Shown: piece by piece, positions 51,126 to 62,920 of the stretch | Numbering within the stretch: the first letter of the stretch is position 1 | Layout of the letters: every line of letters begins with the position of its first letter | Assembly: GCA_963810735.1 (NCBI GenBank) | Contig: CAWEOR010000003.1 | Span: 295,928 to 359,927, forward strand | Length of the DNA stretch: 64,000 nucleotides | Direction of reading: 5' to 3' | From: an uncultured Solirubrobacteraceae bacterium | GTDB lineage: Bacteria; Actinomycetota; Thermoleophilia; Solirubrobacterales; Solirubrobacteraceae | Made by a program: the position numbers and the translations under genes | The notes under the pieces: generated by a model | What the model was told of the DNA's origin: nothing | Seen by the model: the letters and a program-made list of their open reading frames with translations, nothing else | Databases searched by the model: none

Positions 51126-53177
51126 GGCACGGTCTCACCGAGCGTACGCGCCAGCTCCACGAAGTAGTCGAGCGAGCGCGGGTTCGCCAGCGACTCCACG
51201 CTCGCCGCCTGCTCCGGCGGCGTCCCCATCAGGATGCGCTTCACCGGCACCTCGAGCACCTTGCCCGACAGCGTGCGCGGAACCTCCTCGATCTGGCGGA
51301 TCTCGTTGGGGACGTGGCGCGGCGAGCAGTCATCGCGAATCCGCCGCTTGATCTCCGCCGTCGAGCTCGTCGTCGAGCGTCACGCCGTCGCGCAGCACCA
51401 CGAACATCACCATCCACAGCTCGGCCTGCGAGTCGCCGTCGCCGCCTGGCTTGGGGACGTCCACAACGAGTGCGTCCAGCACGTCGTCGACGCCGAGTGC
51501 CGCGCGGTAGATCTCGGCCGTGCCCATGCGCACGCCCATGCGGTTGATCGTCGAGTCAGAGCGCCCGTAGATGACCGCCCCGCCGCGCGGGGTGATGCGG
51601 ATCCAGTCGCCGTGGCGCCACACGCCCGGGTACGTCGCGAAGTAGCTGTCGTGCAGGCGCGAGCCGTCGTCATCGCCCCACAGGTACAGCGGCATCGAGG
51701 GCATCGGCTCGGTGATCACCAGCTCGCCCACCTCGTCGACGAGGCTGTTGCCCTGCTCGTCCCACGCATACACCGCGCAGCCCAGCGCGCGGCACTGCAG
51801 TTCACCCTCGTACACACCGAGCAGCGGGCAGCCGGCGATGAACGCCGTGCACACGTCCGTGCCGCCGCTCGTCGAGAACAGCCACACGTCGTCCTTCACG
51901 TGCCCGTAGACCCATTTGAAGCTCTCCGGCGAGAGCGGCGAGCCCGTCGCCCCGAGCGCGCGCAGGCTGCTCAGCTCGTAGTCGCGGCCCGGCTCGATCC
52001 CCGCCTTCTCGCAGCTCGCGAGCAGCCCCGGGCTGACGCCCATGCAGGTGATGCCCGTGCGCTCGGCGAGCCGCCACAGGAACCCCAGGTCGGGGTGCGC
52101 GGGGCTGCCGTCATACAGCACGATCGCCGCATCCGAGACCAGGCAGCCGACCAGGAAGTTCCACATCATCCAGCCGGTCGTCGTGAACCAGAACATGCGG
52201 TCGCCGCGCCGCAGATCCAGGTGCAGTCGCTTCTTGTACTGCTCGAGCAGGATGCCCCCGTGGCCCTGGACGATCGCCTTCGGCAGCCCCGTCGTGCCCG
52301 ACGAGTAGAGCACCCACAGCGGGTGGTCGAACGGCACCTGCTCGAACGTCAGTTCGGAGCCCTCGCCGCGCGGCCAGGAGCTGATCCCAGGTGAGGACAC
52401 TGCGAACCCCATCCCCGCGGCCGGAGGCGGCCTCATGAAGGTCCTTCCCACCCAGGTACTCGAGCACCACCACGTGCTCCACCGTCGGCATCTCGGTGAG
52501 GATCCGCCGCACGTTCTCCGTGCGGTCGAAGTCCTTGCCGCCGTGGCGGTAGCCGTCGACCGTCAGCAGCACCTTCGGCTCGATCTGCGCGAAGCGGTCG
52601 ATCACGCTGCGCGCGCCGAACTCCGGCGCCGCGCTCGACCAGATCGCGCCGATGCTCGTGCTCGCCAGCAACGCGATCAGCGTCTCGGGGATGTTCGGCA
52701 TGTACGCCACCACGCGATCGCCGCGCACCACGCCGAGCGAGCGCAGGCCCGCGCGCAGGCCGCCACGCGCTCGCGCAGCTCGCCCCACGTGAGCTCGTCC
52801 AGCTCGCGCAGCTCCGAGCAGTGCAGCACCGCCACCTCGTCGGTGGGACGCTCGCCCGCGGGGGGTGGGCGCGGCCCCAGCAAGAGGTTCTCGGCGTAGT
52901 TCAGCGCGCGCCCCCTCGAACCAGCGCGCCCCGGGCATCTCCCGCGCCGCCAGCACCTGCTCGTAGGGCTGCGAGCGCGCACGCCGCAGAACTCCCACAG
53001 GCAGGCCCAGAACTCCTCCAGCTCGTCCACCGACCAGCGCCACAGCTCCCCGTAGTCGGCGAACGAGCGGTCGTGACGCTCGCCCACCCAGCTCATGAAG
53101 CGCGTCATCTCCGCGGCCTGGACCTTCTCCGGCGAAGGCGTCCACAGCGGCTGCTGATCGGAGTCCACGGTTGCCAT
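51116..53177 (-). CDS. Acetoacetate-CoA ligase (frameshifts)
   Basis: LWRWSV, YSSGTTGLPK, TTTGWMMWN, SGGTD, WRHGD, GRSDSTINR. Confidence 0.9.
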
Positions 53178-53196
53178 GCGGCTATTCTCGCGGTTT

Positions 53197-54354
53197 GTGA
53201 GCCTGCCCGGGTTGCGCGAGGAGTTTCCCGTTCTCGAGAGCGTCGCCTACCTGAACGCGGGTACCGACGGGCCGCTGCCGAGCCGCGCCGCGAACGCGGC
53301 TGCGCGCGAGCTCGAGCGCGAGCTGCGCCGACGGGCCGCTCGACCGCCCACTTCGAACGCCGCTCCGAGCTGAGCGCCGCGCTGCGCGACGCCTACGCGC
53401 GTGCTCGGCGCCGACCCGGCCGACGTGGCCCTCACCACCTGCACCACCGAGGGCATGGCCCAGGTGATCGGCGGCCTCGAGCTCGGTCGCGGCGATGAGA
53501 TCCTCACCAGCGACGAGGAGCATCCCGGGCTGCTCGGGCGCGCTGTCCGCCGCCCGCGAGCTGCGCGGCGTGAGCGTGCGCGAAGTCCCGCTCGCCGAGC
53601 TCGCCGAGCGCGGCCGGGCCCGCGCACCCGCCTGGTGGCCTGCTCGCACGTCGGCTGGGTCAGCGGCTGCGCTCGCGCCCGCCGAGCTCGCCGAGCTCGA
53701 CGTCCCCGTCCTGCTCGACGGCGCCCAGGGCGTGGGCGCGGTCCCGTCGACGTGCGCGCGCTCGGCTGCGACGCCTACGCGGGCGCCGGGCAGAAGTGGC
53801 TGTGCGGCCCCGACGGCACCGGCATGCTGTATGTCAGCCCCGGAGCTGCGCGAGCGCCTGGCCGTGTCGCGACGCGGCTACGCCAACCTCGATGACCCCA
53901 ACGCCGGGCTCGACGCGCGCGTGCACGAGGACGCGCGGCGCTTCGACACGCTGTCGCTGAACGCCGAGACGACCGCCTGCGCGCTCGCCTCCACGGCGTG
54001 CTCGAGTCCGCCGGCTGGCCGGCCGTGCACGAGCGCGCGCGCACGCTCGCCGCGCGGCTGGCCGAGCTGCTCCTCGAGCGCGGGCGCGAGCCCGCGCCGC
54101 GTGCGCACACCACGCTCGTGTCCTTCCCCAGCGCCGACCCTGAGGCCGAGCGCGCGTCGCTGGCCGAGCGCGGGGTGATCGTGCGCAACATCCCCGGACG
54201 GCCGTGGCTGCGCGCGTCGGTGGGGGCATGGAACGACGAGCACGACCTCGAGCGGCTGCTCGAGGGCCTCTCCGCTGACACCCCACCCCCAACTCGAGGC
54301 GCACGCTGCCATCAGGGCGGTCGAGCGACCCTCGCACGCCCCGGTGTCACGTAA
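53197..54354 (+). CDS. Class V aminotransferase / cysteine desulfurase-like PLP enzyme (frameshifts)
   Basis: YLNAGTDGP, DGAQG, GQKWLCGPDGTG, RAS; ends approximate. Confidence 0.82.
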
Positions 54355-54395
54355 TCTCTGTGCGTGTCTGCATCGACCGCGCACGCGCTCCACGG

Positions 54396-56662
54396 ATGAG
54401 CGTCGCCGCCACCCGCCCGCCGAACGTCGAGCCCCCGAGCCGACCCCGCGCGCCCGCCAGCGCAACCGAGCGCACACCCTGCCACCCAGCTGCTCCTCCG
54501 CTACGCCGGCCTGCCCGTCGTGGTGGCCGCGTCGCGCCGTCCTCAACACCCACCGCCTCGCCCAGAACGGCTACGCCAACATCTTCTACTCAGCGGGCGT
54601 GCAAGTCGATGCTGCGCTCCTTCCACAACTTCTTGTTCGTGTCCTTCGACCCCGGCGGCCTCGTCTCCGTGGACAAGCCCCCGGTGGCCCTGTGGGTGCA
54701 GGCGGCGAGCGCCAGCTGTTCGGCTTCTCCCCGCTCAGTCTGCTGCTCCCCGAGGCGCTCGCCGGGGTGCTCGCGGTAGCGCTCCTGTACGTGGCACTCG
54801 CCAGGCGCTTCGGGCTCCTCGCCGCGCTCGCCGGGTCACTTGCGCTCGCCGTGTTCCCCTCCTTCGTCGCCGTCTCCCGCGACAACGGCGTGGACCCCGT
54901 GCTGCTGCTGCTGATGCTCGCCGCCTGCGCCACCGGCGTGCGCGCGTGCGAAAGCGGACGCTGGCGCACGCTGCTGTGCAGCGCCGTGCTCGTCGGCCTG
55001 GCGTTCAACACCAAGACGCTCGCCGCCTACCTCGTCGTCCCCGGCATCGCGCTCGGATACCTGCTGTGCGCCCCCTGCTCGCTGCGCCGCCGCCTCGCCC
55101 AACTGCTCGTCGCCGGCGCCGTCCTCTTGATCGTGTCCTTCGCCTGGATCGAGTTCGTCGACGCCACGCCCGCCGCCAAGCGGCCGTATGTCGGCAGCTC
55201 CACCAACAACTCCGAGCTGGGACTCACGTTCGGCTACAACGGGCTGGGCCGGGTCGAAGGCCAGTCCGGCGGCCCCAGCGGCGCGCCCGTGCGGCCCGGC
55301 GGGTACGTGCCCATCGCCCATGAGCGCATCTCCGACGCGGCCGCCGAAGCCCACCACGTCCACGCGCCGCCCCCGGCCCCGGGCGAGCACATACCCACGC
55401 CCGAGCCCGTGTCGGCGCCCGTGGCGGTCAAGGGCAGGGCGAAAGAGCCCACGCCGTTCGGCCCCTCCCCCAACCCGCTGCGTCTGTTCGGCGCGGGCCT
55501 CGGCGACCAGGACGGCTGGATGCTGCCGTTCGCGCTGTTCGGCCTGCTGGCGATGGCGCTGCTGGTCGTGCCCGTGCGCCTCACCGGCAGGCGGCGCGGG
55601 CGCCCCGCCGCCGCGATCGGGGAGGAGGAGCTGACGTCGCCCGACGGTCTCGCCGCATCCCCGCCCGAGCGGCCCGAGTCGTCAGACGAGCCCGGCGCGC
55701 GGCCCGGGGAGCCTGCCCTGGAGCCCGAGGAGGCCGCCGCCGCGCCGCCGCGCCGCCTGCTGACGTACAGGGGCTCGCTCGACCCCGTCGCGCGCTCGCG
55801 CGCGGCGTTCGTGGTGTGCTTCGGCGGCTGGTTCCTCACGGAGGTCTTCGTGCTCACCGTCTCCAAGGGGATCGTCCACCCCTACTACGTCTCCGGGCTT
55901 GCGCCCGCCACCGGCGCGATGGTTGGCGCGGGCACGTTCGCGTTCGTCGAGCTCGCGCAGGGCCATCGCCGGCTGTGGGGCATCCTGCTCGTGGCCTGCG
56001 CGCTCGCCAGCACGATCCTCGCCCAGGTCGTGCTCATGCACCGCGAGCACTACATGCTGTGGTTCGCCCCCGTGCTCGTCGCCGGTGCCATCGTGGGCAT
56101 GGTCGCACTGCTCGCCGCCAGGCGGCTGGCCGCCCCCGCGGTCGCCCTCACGCTCGCCCTCCTGCTCCTCACCCCCGCCGCCTACGCCACCTCCACCTGG
56201 CTCGCGCCCGTCGAGGGCACGTTCCCGGTAGCCGGACCCAAAGCCTATCCCGGCCCCGGCGGCTACGGCGTGAACGCACGCGACGCCCAGCTCAACCGCG
56301 CGATCCTCGACTTCGTCAGCACCCACCACCCCAGCTCACGGTGGGCGCTCCTGACCGTCGCCTCGGACACCGCCGCGCCGATGATGCTCATGGGCCTCCA
56401 GGCCGGCGCGCTCGGCGGCTACAGCGGCACCGACCCCGCCGTCACCGGGCCCAGCCTCGCGCGCTACGTGTCCCGCGGAGAAGCTCGCTACGTGCTGCTC
56501 GGCGGCGGCTACTCCCTGCGCGGCGGCAACCAGGCGACCCAGGCCGTGCTCCGCGCCTGCAAGGAGCTCGCGCCATGGGAGTGGCACAGCCCCGTCGCCT
56601 ACCCCTTCGGCCTCGTGCTGTTCGACTGCGCCGGACGCGCCAAGGCGCTCGCCGCAGGCTGA
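54396..56662 (+). CDS. GT39/ArnT-like membrane glycosyltransferase (5' frameshifts)
   Basis: SFDPGG..VDKPP, SRDNGVD, AFNTK, RPYVGSS.NNS, GYNGLGR, HPYY, GGYSGTDP. Confidence 0.87.
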
Positions 56663-56705
56663 GCGCAAGCGACCGAGGACGCAGCCTCGCGCCGCCCATC
56701 GGCCG

Positions 56706-58265
56706 TCAGGCGGCGACGGACAGCTCGCGGTGGAAGGCCCGCGCGAACAGCTCGCGCTCGCGCCCGACTGCCCAGCGCGGTACGGCCGACTCGCCCTCGG
56801 CGATCAGGCGCATCTCCACCGTGCCGTTGTGCAGAGCCAGCGTGGTGGAGCGCACGAGCTGGTCGCGTGAGCGCTCGAGATCCTCGGCCAGGCGCAGCAG
56901 CGTCGCGCAGCGTTCCAGGCGCTCGGCGTCACCGGGGCCGAACAGCGCCGCCATCGGCCCTGGCGTGGGCATGCCCTTGCGGTGGTAGCGCGCCGCCTGG
57001 GCGATGATCGCCGTCTCGACCGGCGCGAAGCCCGGAAGGCTGCCGTTGAGGATCAGATACCGCGAGTGCTTGTGGTGATCGTCGTAGTCGATCGACATGC
57101 CGATGTCGTGCAGCATGCACGCCGCCCACAGCAGCTCACGCTCGCGCGGGTCGCCCTCGTGCAGCCCCAGCCGGGCGAGCTCGTCGAACATGCCCAGCGC
57201 CAGCGCCGCCACGTGCTCGGTGTGCTCGGTGTCGACCTGGTACTGCGCGGCCATGTTCAGCACGCTCGCAACCCGCACGTCGGCGAACAGCGCCTGCTCG
57301 TCCTCGGGCACGCCGTCCCCGTAACCGGGCGCGAGCCGCTCGAAGAACACGCCCTCGCGCAGGCCCGCCTCGGTCGCCTCCAGGGCATCGAAGCCCCCCG
57401 CGCGAAGCACCCCCTCGACGACCAGCGCACCGGCCAGGATCAGGTCCGCGCGCGCGGGCTTGATGCCCGGCACGCTCGCCCGCTCGGCCGCGGGCAGCGC
57501 GGCCAGCCGCTCCACGAGCTCCGCCAGCGCCGCGCGCTCCACGAGCATCCCCTGGACCCCGTTTGAGGGCAGTCCCGCCGCGCGCTGGGCGGCCGCCGCC
57601 AGGTTGCGCACGGTCCCGCCGATGCCCACCAGCCTCCCAGGAGGCCCCTCGCCCGCATCGCACGCCAGCCAACGCGCGTCCGCGAGCGCCGCGGCGACGT
57701 GCTCGCGCAGCTCTTCGAGCTGCCTGCGCTTGGCCGGACCGTTGGGTGGCAGGAAGCGCTCGCTCATGCGCACCGTGCCCAGCGGCCACGAGCCCGAGCG
57801 GCTGATCTTCCGGTCGGCGACACGCACCAGCTGCAGTGAGCCGCCGCCCAGGTCGAGCACGCAGCCGTGCTCGAGCGTCGTCGAGTTGACCGCCGCCAGA
57901 TACCCGTAGCGCGCCTCCTGCTCGCGGCTGAGCACGCGTATGGGCAGACCCAGGCACGCGCGCGCGCGCTCCAGGAAGGCGGCGGCGTTCTCCGCATCGC
58001 GGATCGCGCTGGTGGCCACCGCGTCGACCGTCTCCTCGCCCAGGCCGGCCGCGCGGCAGAAGTGGGCGAACACGTCGAGGGTGGCCAGGGCACGGTGCAT
58101 CGGGCGCTCGCCGAGCCTGCCGCTCGCCATCAGCCCTTCGCCGATGCGCACCGGCTCGTAGATCTCATCCGTGCGCTTCCACCACCCCGCGCCCGCCATG
58201 AACACCACCAGCCGAAAGGAGTTCGATCCAAGGTCGATCACCGCGAGCCGCTCGCCTGGGCGCAT
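56706..58265 (-). CDS. ppx: Exopolyphosphatase Ppx/GppA with HD domain
   Basis: IDLGSNSFRL, ATSAIRDA, DLGGGS, GLREG, LHDIG, HHKHS. Confidence 0.93.
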   Translation of the reverse strand: MRPGERLAVIDLGSNSFRLVVFMAGAGWWKRTDEIYEPVRIGEGLMASGRLGERPMHRALATLDVFAHFCRAAGLGEETVDAVATSAIRDAENAAAFLERARACLGLPIRVLSREQEARYGYLAAVNSTTLEHGCVLDLGGGSLQLVRVADRKISRSGSWPLGTVRMSERFLPPNGPAKRRQLEELREHVAAALADARWLACDAGEGPPGRLVGIGGTVRNLAAAAQRAAGLPSNGVQGMLVERAALAELVERLAALPAAERASVPGIKPARADLILAGALVVEGVLRAGGFDALEATEAGLREGVFFERLAPGYGDGVPEDEQALFADVRVASVLNMAAQYQVDTEHTEHVAALALGMFDELARLGLHEGDPRERELLWAACMLHDIGMSIDYDDHHKHSRYLILNGSLPGFAPVETAIIAQAARYHRKGMPTPGPMAALFGPGDAERLERCATLLRLAEDLERSRDQLVRSTTLALHNGTVEMRLIAEGESAVPRWAVGRERELFARAFHRELSVAA

Positions 58266-58308
58266 GATTGCAGCGTATTCGCCGCACCGGCTGGCGCCGC
58301 GGGAGCGC

Positions 58309-59642
58309 TCAGCCCAGCAGCCCGGCCCGGGCGCGCTTGTCCGCGTACATCGCCCGGTCGGCCTTCACCAGCACCTGCTCGGCGCTCGCCGTGCGCTGGT
58401 TGATCATCGCGTATCCGATGCTGGAGAGGGGTGGATCACGTCGTCGCCCACGTCGATACTGCACGCCGGCAGCACGCGCGCGAGCCCGTCGGCGACGACC
58501 GCGATCCCCTCGTCGTCGATGTGCGGCAGGATCACCGCGAACTCATCACCGCCCAGGCGCGCCACCAGATCGGTGGCCCGCAGCCTGCGGGTGAGAGCGC
58601 GGGCGACCGCCTTCAGCGTGTCGTCCCCCACCATGTGGCCGTAGCGATCGTTGATCTCCTTGAAGTCGTCGAGGTCGATCACCATCAGCCCGGCGATCTC
58701 GTCGTAGCGGTGCGAGCGGCCCACCTGGAGCTCGAGGTCGTGCTCGAACAGCCTGCGGTTGCGCAGGCCGGTCAGCGGGTCGTGGTCGGCGAGGTGGCGC
58801 AGATGTTCCTCCAGGCGCTTGCGCTCGGAGATGTCCTGGAGCTGGGCGATGTAGTGCAGCGGCTCCCCGGCCTCGTCGCGCACGAGCGACACCGACAGGA
58901 TCGCCGAGACCAACTCGCCGGCGGCGTCGAGATAGCGCTTCTCCACCTGGTAGGCGGGGATCTGGCCCGCCAGCAGGCGCTCGCGCTGCTCGCTGTCGTT
59001 CTCGGCGTCGTCCGGATGCACGATGCCGTCGAAGCGCTTGCCCACCAGCTCGTCCGCGGTGTAGCCGGTGATCTCACACAGCGCGCGGTTGACGAGCAGC
59101 CAGCGCCCGTCGCCGTCGAGCAGCGCCGTGCCGATCGGCGCGCGCTCGAAGACCTCCTCGAAGTTGCCGCCCCGGCCCGCCGGTGCGAGCAGGTCGGCGT
59201 GCCTTCGCGCCGTGATGTCCAGCACGACCGCCACGCCGCCCACGATGCCCGCAGCCTCGCTGCCGCCGGCGGCATCATCCGCAGAGTGGGGCCCGGAGCC
59301 GTTTCCACGCAGCGGCCCCACATCGACCATCAGGCAGTGGCGGCCCTCGGGCGTCCACACCTCGCGCGAGCGCGTCTCGCCCGCGAGCGCCGAGCGGAAC
59401 AACGGCTCGACCGGCTTCCACAGCGCCGCCGGAAAGATGCTGCCCACGAGCTCTCCCTCCAGCGCCCCGCGCGGCTTGGCGAGGCGCTCGAGCGCGTGGC
59501 CGGCCGTGAGCACGAAGCGCAGCTCGCGGTCGAACACCACGATCAGCGCCTCGGGCAGCTCTCGCAACGCGGCCGCAGCCGCGTGATCGGCGCTGGCCAG
59601 TATCTGCTCGGGCTCGCCCGCAGGTCCGGTCGGTGCTGGCAC
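58309..59642 (-). CDS. PAS-PAS-GGDEF diguanylate cyclase; frameshift near 58430
   Basis: DPLTGLRNRR, DLDDFK, RATD I-site, GGDEF; C-terminal ADRAMY in an alternate frame. Confidence 0.9.
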
Positions 59643-59649
59643 CTGCTCA

Positions 59650-59677
59650 GCATCGGCGTGCGGCCGCGCCGACTTGA
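59650..59677 (-). promoter_or_regulatory. Sigma-28 (FliA/WhiG)-type promoter
   Basis: TCAAG-N15-GCCGATGC, 7 nt before an in-frame GTG. Confidence 0.6.
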
Positions 59678-59843
59678 CGGTTGAGCGCGACCTTACTTCA
59701 GCCAATGTTTCCCGGCGGGGCACCCGAGCGAACGCCTCCCCGGCGGGACGAATGCGACAAATTGCGCAGGATGCGACTTCGGGCGTGCGTTTGTCCGCCA
59801 GTATGGATAAGCTTGTTAGGTCGTATCTCTCGTCCATCCCTCG

Positions 59844-59878
59844 AAGGGGCCGTACCATTCGGGTGCGGCCCCTTTTTT
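59844..59878 (+). terminator. Rho-independent terminator
   Basis: AAGGGGCCGTACC-ATTCG-GGTGCGGCCCC followed by T6. Confidence 0.8.
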
Positions 59879-59920
59879 GACGGTCACCGGCGAAGCGCGC
59901 CGAGTCGCCCGGTGCGCCCG

Positions 59921-60403
59921 TCACGCCCCGTCCGGCGGCCGCTCGCCCTCGTAGTAGTCGACAGCGTCGGCAACGCGGAACATCGCCCGCAGTCCGCCAC
60001 CGTCGGGCAGACGCTCGAACACGCCGAGCTTCTCCGAATCCGGATAGACCACCACGTCGGGCTCGCCGCTGCTGCTGAAGGCGAGAAAGCGCACCGTCGC
60101 CGCGCCCCGGTTGACCAACTGGTGGGCGCCATCCACCCCGCGTCGGAAGACCACGATCTCGCCCTCGTCCAGCTCTCGCCAGCCGGTCGGCGTGCGCAGG
60201 CTCGCAGTGCCGCTCAACACGAGCAACAGCTCCTCCTCGGTGTGGTGGTAGTGGTAGGGGTAGGCCGCCTGCCCGGGCTCGAGCTCCCACAGGCTGAGCC
60301 CCAGACGCTCCGCTCCCGCCTGACGGCCGAGCCGCGCGCGCAGGGCCAGGAAGCCGTCCGTCTCGCGCGGCTCATCGAACTCGGGATCGTTGATGTTGGG
60401 CAC
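59921..60403 (-). CDS. Cupin domain protein
   Basis: PYHYHHTEEE, GAHQLVN, YPDSEK. Confidence 0.88.
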   Translation of the reverse strand: MPNINDPEFDEPRETDGFLALRARLGRQAGAERLGLSLWELEPGQAAYPYHYHHTEEELLLVLSGTASLRTPTGWRELDEGEIVVFRRGVDGAHQLVNRGAATVRFLAFSSSGEPDVVVYPDSEKLGVFERLPDGGGLRAMFRVADAVDYYEGERPPDGA

Positions 60404-60407
60404 CGGG

Positions 60408-60806
60408 CTACCGCCACTGCACGACTATCGGGCCGCGCCGACGCGCGCGCCGGCGCCCCGGCCGCCCGAAGCACATCCGCAGGATCCCGTTGACCGCACT
60501 GACGATCACCGCCCCCAGCACCGCCCACCAGAAGCTCGCGATGTGAAAGCCCGGCACGAGCCAATGCGTCAGGTAGAGCATCAGCACGTTGATCAGGAAA
60601 TAGAACAGGCCGAGCGTGACGACGATGAACGGGAGCGAGAGAAAGGCCAGGACCGGTTTCACGAACACGTTCACCAGCGTGAACACGAGGCCCGCGAGGA
60701 GCAGCACCCACCAGCCGCTCCCGTAGCTCAGACCAGACAACAGCCACGTTGCCACGAACAGCGCAAGCGTGTTGAACCCCCACGTGATCGCGAGCCGTCG
60801 AGCCAC
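60408..60806 (-). CDS. Phage holin family (YvlD/DUF360) membrane protein
   Basis: LVNVFVKPVL..LSLPFIVVTLGLF..IN. Confidence 0.88.
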   Translation of the reverse strand: MARRLAITWGFNTLALFVATWLLSGLSYGSGWWVLLLAGLVFTLVNVFVKPVLAFLSLPFIVVTLGLFYFLINVLMLYLTHWLVPGFHIASFWWAVLGAVIVSAVNGILRMCFGRPGRRRARRRGPIVVQWR

Positions 60807-60913
60807 AGCTCACAGCCTAGCCTGGTGCTCGCAGGCCCCACTTCACTCAGGGCCCCGGCGTGCATATCCTGCCCTTCGAACGTGACCCAGCCGCCCGACC
60901 CGTCCACGCGAGG

Positions 60914-61936
60914 ATGAGCATCGGCCTGTACTTCCACCACCCCGTGTGCCTCGAGCACGACCCCCGGGTGCACATGCCCGGCCACCCCGACACGCCCGCG
61001 CGGCTGCAGGCGATCGAGGCGCGCCTCGACAGCGTCGACTGGCTCGGCTGGGAACGACGCGAGTGCCCGCCGGCCGAGCGCGAGCAGCTCGAGCTGATCC
61101 ACTCCAGCCGGCTCGTCGACCAGATCCGTGCCATGTGCCTGGCCGGCGGGGGCGCCATCGACCCGGACACGTTCGTCGGCGAGCCCTCCTATCGCGCCGC
61201 GCTGTGTGCGGCGGGGGGCGCATGCGCGATGACCAGAACCCTGCTGGCCGGCGAGACGAGCCTCGGCTTCAGCGGCGCGCGTCCCTCCGGACATCACGCC
61301 GAAGCCGACCGCGCGATGGGCTTCTGCCTGTTCAACAACGTCGCCATCGCCGCCGAGCTGGCGATCCGCGAGCTGGGGCCCGAGCGCGTGCTCATCCTCG
61401 ACTGGGACGTGCACCACGGCAACGGCACCGCCGAGGCCTTCCGCCGGCGCGCAGACGTGCTGTTCGTCAGCATCCACCAGGAGGGCATCTATCCCGGCAG
61501 CGGCGCCCTGGGCGACGTCGGCACGGGCGAGGGCGAGGGCTACACCATCAACCTGCCCGTGCCGGCCGGCAGCGACGGAGCGCTGTGGCTGTCGCTGCTC
61601 GAGCACATCGTGGTGCCCGTCGCCACGGCCTTCGGGCCCGATCTCGTGCTGGTCTCCGCCGGCTTCGACGCCCACCGCGCCGACCCGCTGGCCGGGTGCC
61701 GTCTGGAGACCAGCTCGTTCGCCGAGATGTCCCGCCACGTGCGCGACCTCGCCCGCCAGCTCGGCGTGCCGCTCGGAATGGTGCTCGAGGGCGGCTATGA
61801 ACCCGCCGCGCTCGCCGAGTGCGTGCAGGCCACGCTCGCGGCACTTGCAGCGGGCGAGCCCGCGAGCTCGCGCGCGCCGGAGACGCTTCTCACCGCGCGG
61901 GCCGCCGCCCAGATCGGCCGCCACTGGCCGCTGTGA
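60914..61936 (+). CDS. Histone deacetylase family amidohydrolase
   Basis: RPSGHHA, GFCLFNN, DWDVHHGNGT, SAGFDAH, LEGGY. Confidence 0.93.
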   Translation: MSIGLYFHHPVCLEHDPRVHMPGHPDTPARLQAIEARLDSVDWLGWERRECPPAEREQLELIHSSRLVDQIRAMCLAGGGAIDPDTFVGEPSYRAALCAAGGACAMTRTLLAGETSLGFSGARPSGHHAEADRAMGFCLFNNVAIAAELAIRELGPERVLILDWDVHHGNGTAEAFRRRADVLFVSIHQEGIYPGSGALGDVGTGEGEGYTINLPVPAGSDGALWLSLLEHIVVPVATAFGPDLVLVSAGFDAHRADPLAGCRLETSSFAEMSRHVRDLARQLGVPLGMVLEGGYEPAALAECVQATLAALAAGEPASSRAPETLLTARAAAQIGRHWPL

Positions 61937-61940
61937 GCAC

Positions 61941-62810
61941 CTAGGCCGCCTCGCCCAGGGCCTGCAGCTCGCCGTGCAGGGCGAGCCTGCCAAGCGCTCG
62001 CTCCTCGATCGCGCGAACGCGCTCCGGGCTGATCCGCATGCGGCGCGCGATCGCCGCCAGGGTCTGCGCCTGTCCGTCGTCATCGAGCCCGTAGCGCAGG
62101 CCGATCACCGTCCGATCGGGCTCTGGCAGCTCGGCCACCGTACGGCGTACCGCCTCGTGGCCGAGACCGGTGCTGACCTGCTCGCCTACGTCCACACCGC
62201 CGTCGGGGACGAGCGCGCCGAGCGAGGTCTCCCCGTGCTCGCCGACGGGGCGATCGAGACTGGTCGTGACCCTCGCCGCCGCGTCGAGATCGTGCAGCTC
62301 CTGCAGAGACACCGCGGCCGCATCCGCGAGCTCGCGCTGGGAGGGCTCGCGCCCGAGCCTGGTCAGCAGCTCACGATGGGTCGTCGCGATCCTGCGCTCG
62401 CGCTGGGCGATCGCCACCGGCAGACGGATCGTGCGCCCGTGGTCGGCGAGGCCACGCTGGATGGCCTGGCGTATCCACAACGTCGCGTACGTCGAGAAGC
62501 GAAAGCCCTTGCGCCAGTCGAACTTCTCCGCGGCCCTGATCAGGCCGAGCATCCCCTCCTGGATCAGGTCGAGCAGCGTCTCCTCGCCCGCGCCCTGGTA
62601 GCGCTTGGCGATGGACACGACCAGGCGCAGGTTGTGGGTGATGAGCTTCTCCTTCGCGCACAGGTCGCCCTGCTCGATGCGCCGAGCGATCTCGAGCTCT
62701 TCGGCGGGCCGCAACAGCGGATAGCGCGCTGCTTCCTGCAGGAACTGGCTCATCGCGTCGACCGTGAAGGGGCCGAGCTCGTCGTTGGTGGTTTCGGAGG
62801 GCGTGTTCAT
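61941..62810 (-). CDS. Group-2 sigma-70 factor (lacks region 1.1)
   Basis: [38 protein letters not shown]. Confidence 0.92.
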   Translation of the reverse strand: MNTPSETTNDELGPFTVDAMSQFLQEAARYPLLRPAEELEIARRIEQGDLCAKEKLITHNLRLVVSIAKRYQGAGEETLLDLIQEGMLGLIRAAEKFDWRKGFRFSTYATLWIRQAIQRGLADHGRTIRLPVAIAQRERRIATTHRELLTRLGREPSQRELADAAAVSLQELHDLDAAARVTTSLDRPVGEHGETSLGALVPDGGVDVGEQVSTGLGHEAVRRTVAELPEPDRTVIGLRYGLDDDGQAQTLAAIARRMRISPERVRAIEERALGRLALHGELQALGEAA

Positions 62811-62920
62811 GAGGGCAGGTGCCAGCCGGCTGGGCCGGTGCGGCTGCGCGCGGCGGCGTCGGACGGTCTTGCGGCGCGCAGCGCAGCGTAGCTCCACCTG
62901 GTCGAACGCGCACCGGGAAT

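Noticed and set aside
59700-59800. c-di-GMP riboswitch upstream of the diguanylate cyclase
   Set aside because: I could not find GEMM-type conserved motifs, and the predicted promoter lies downstream of this stretch.
60408-60806. Prophage suggested by the holin-family gene
   Set aside because: This family is commonly chromosomal, and no phage genes are nearby.
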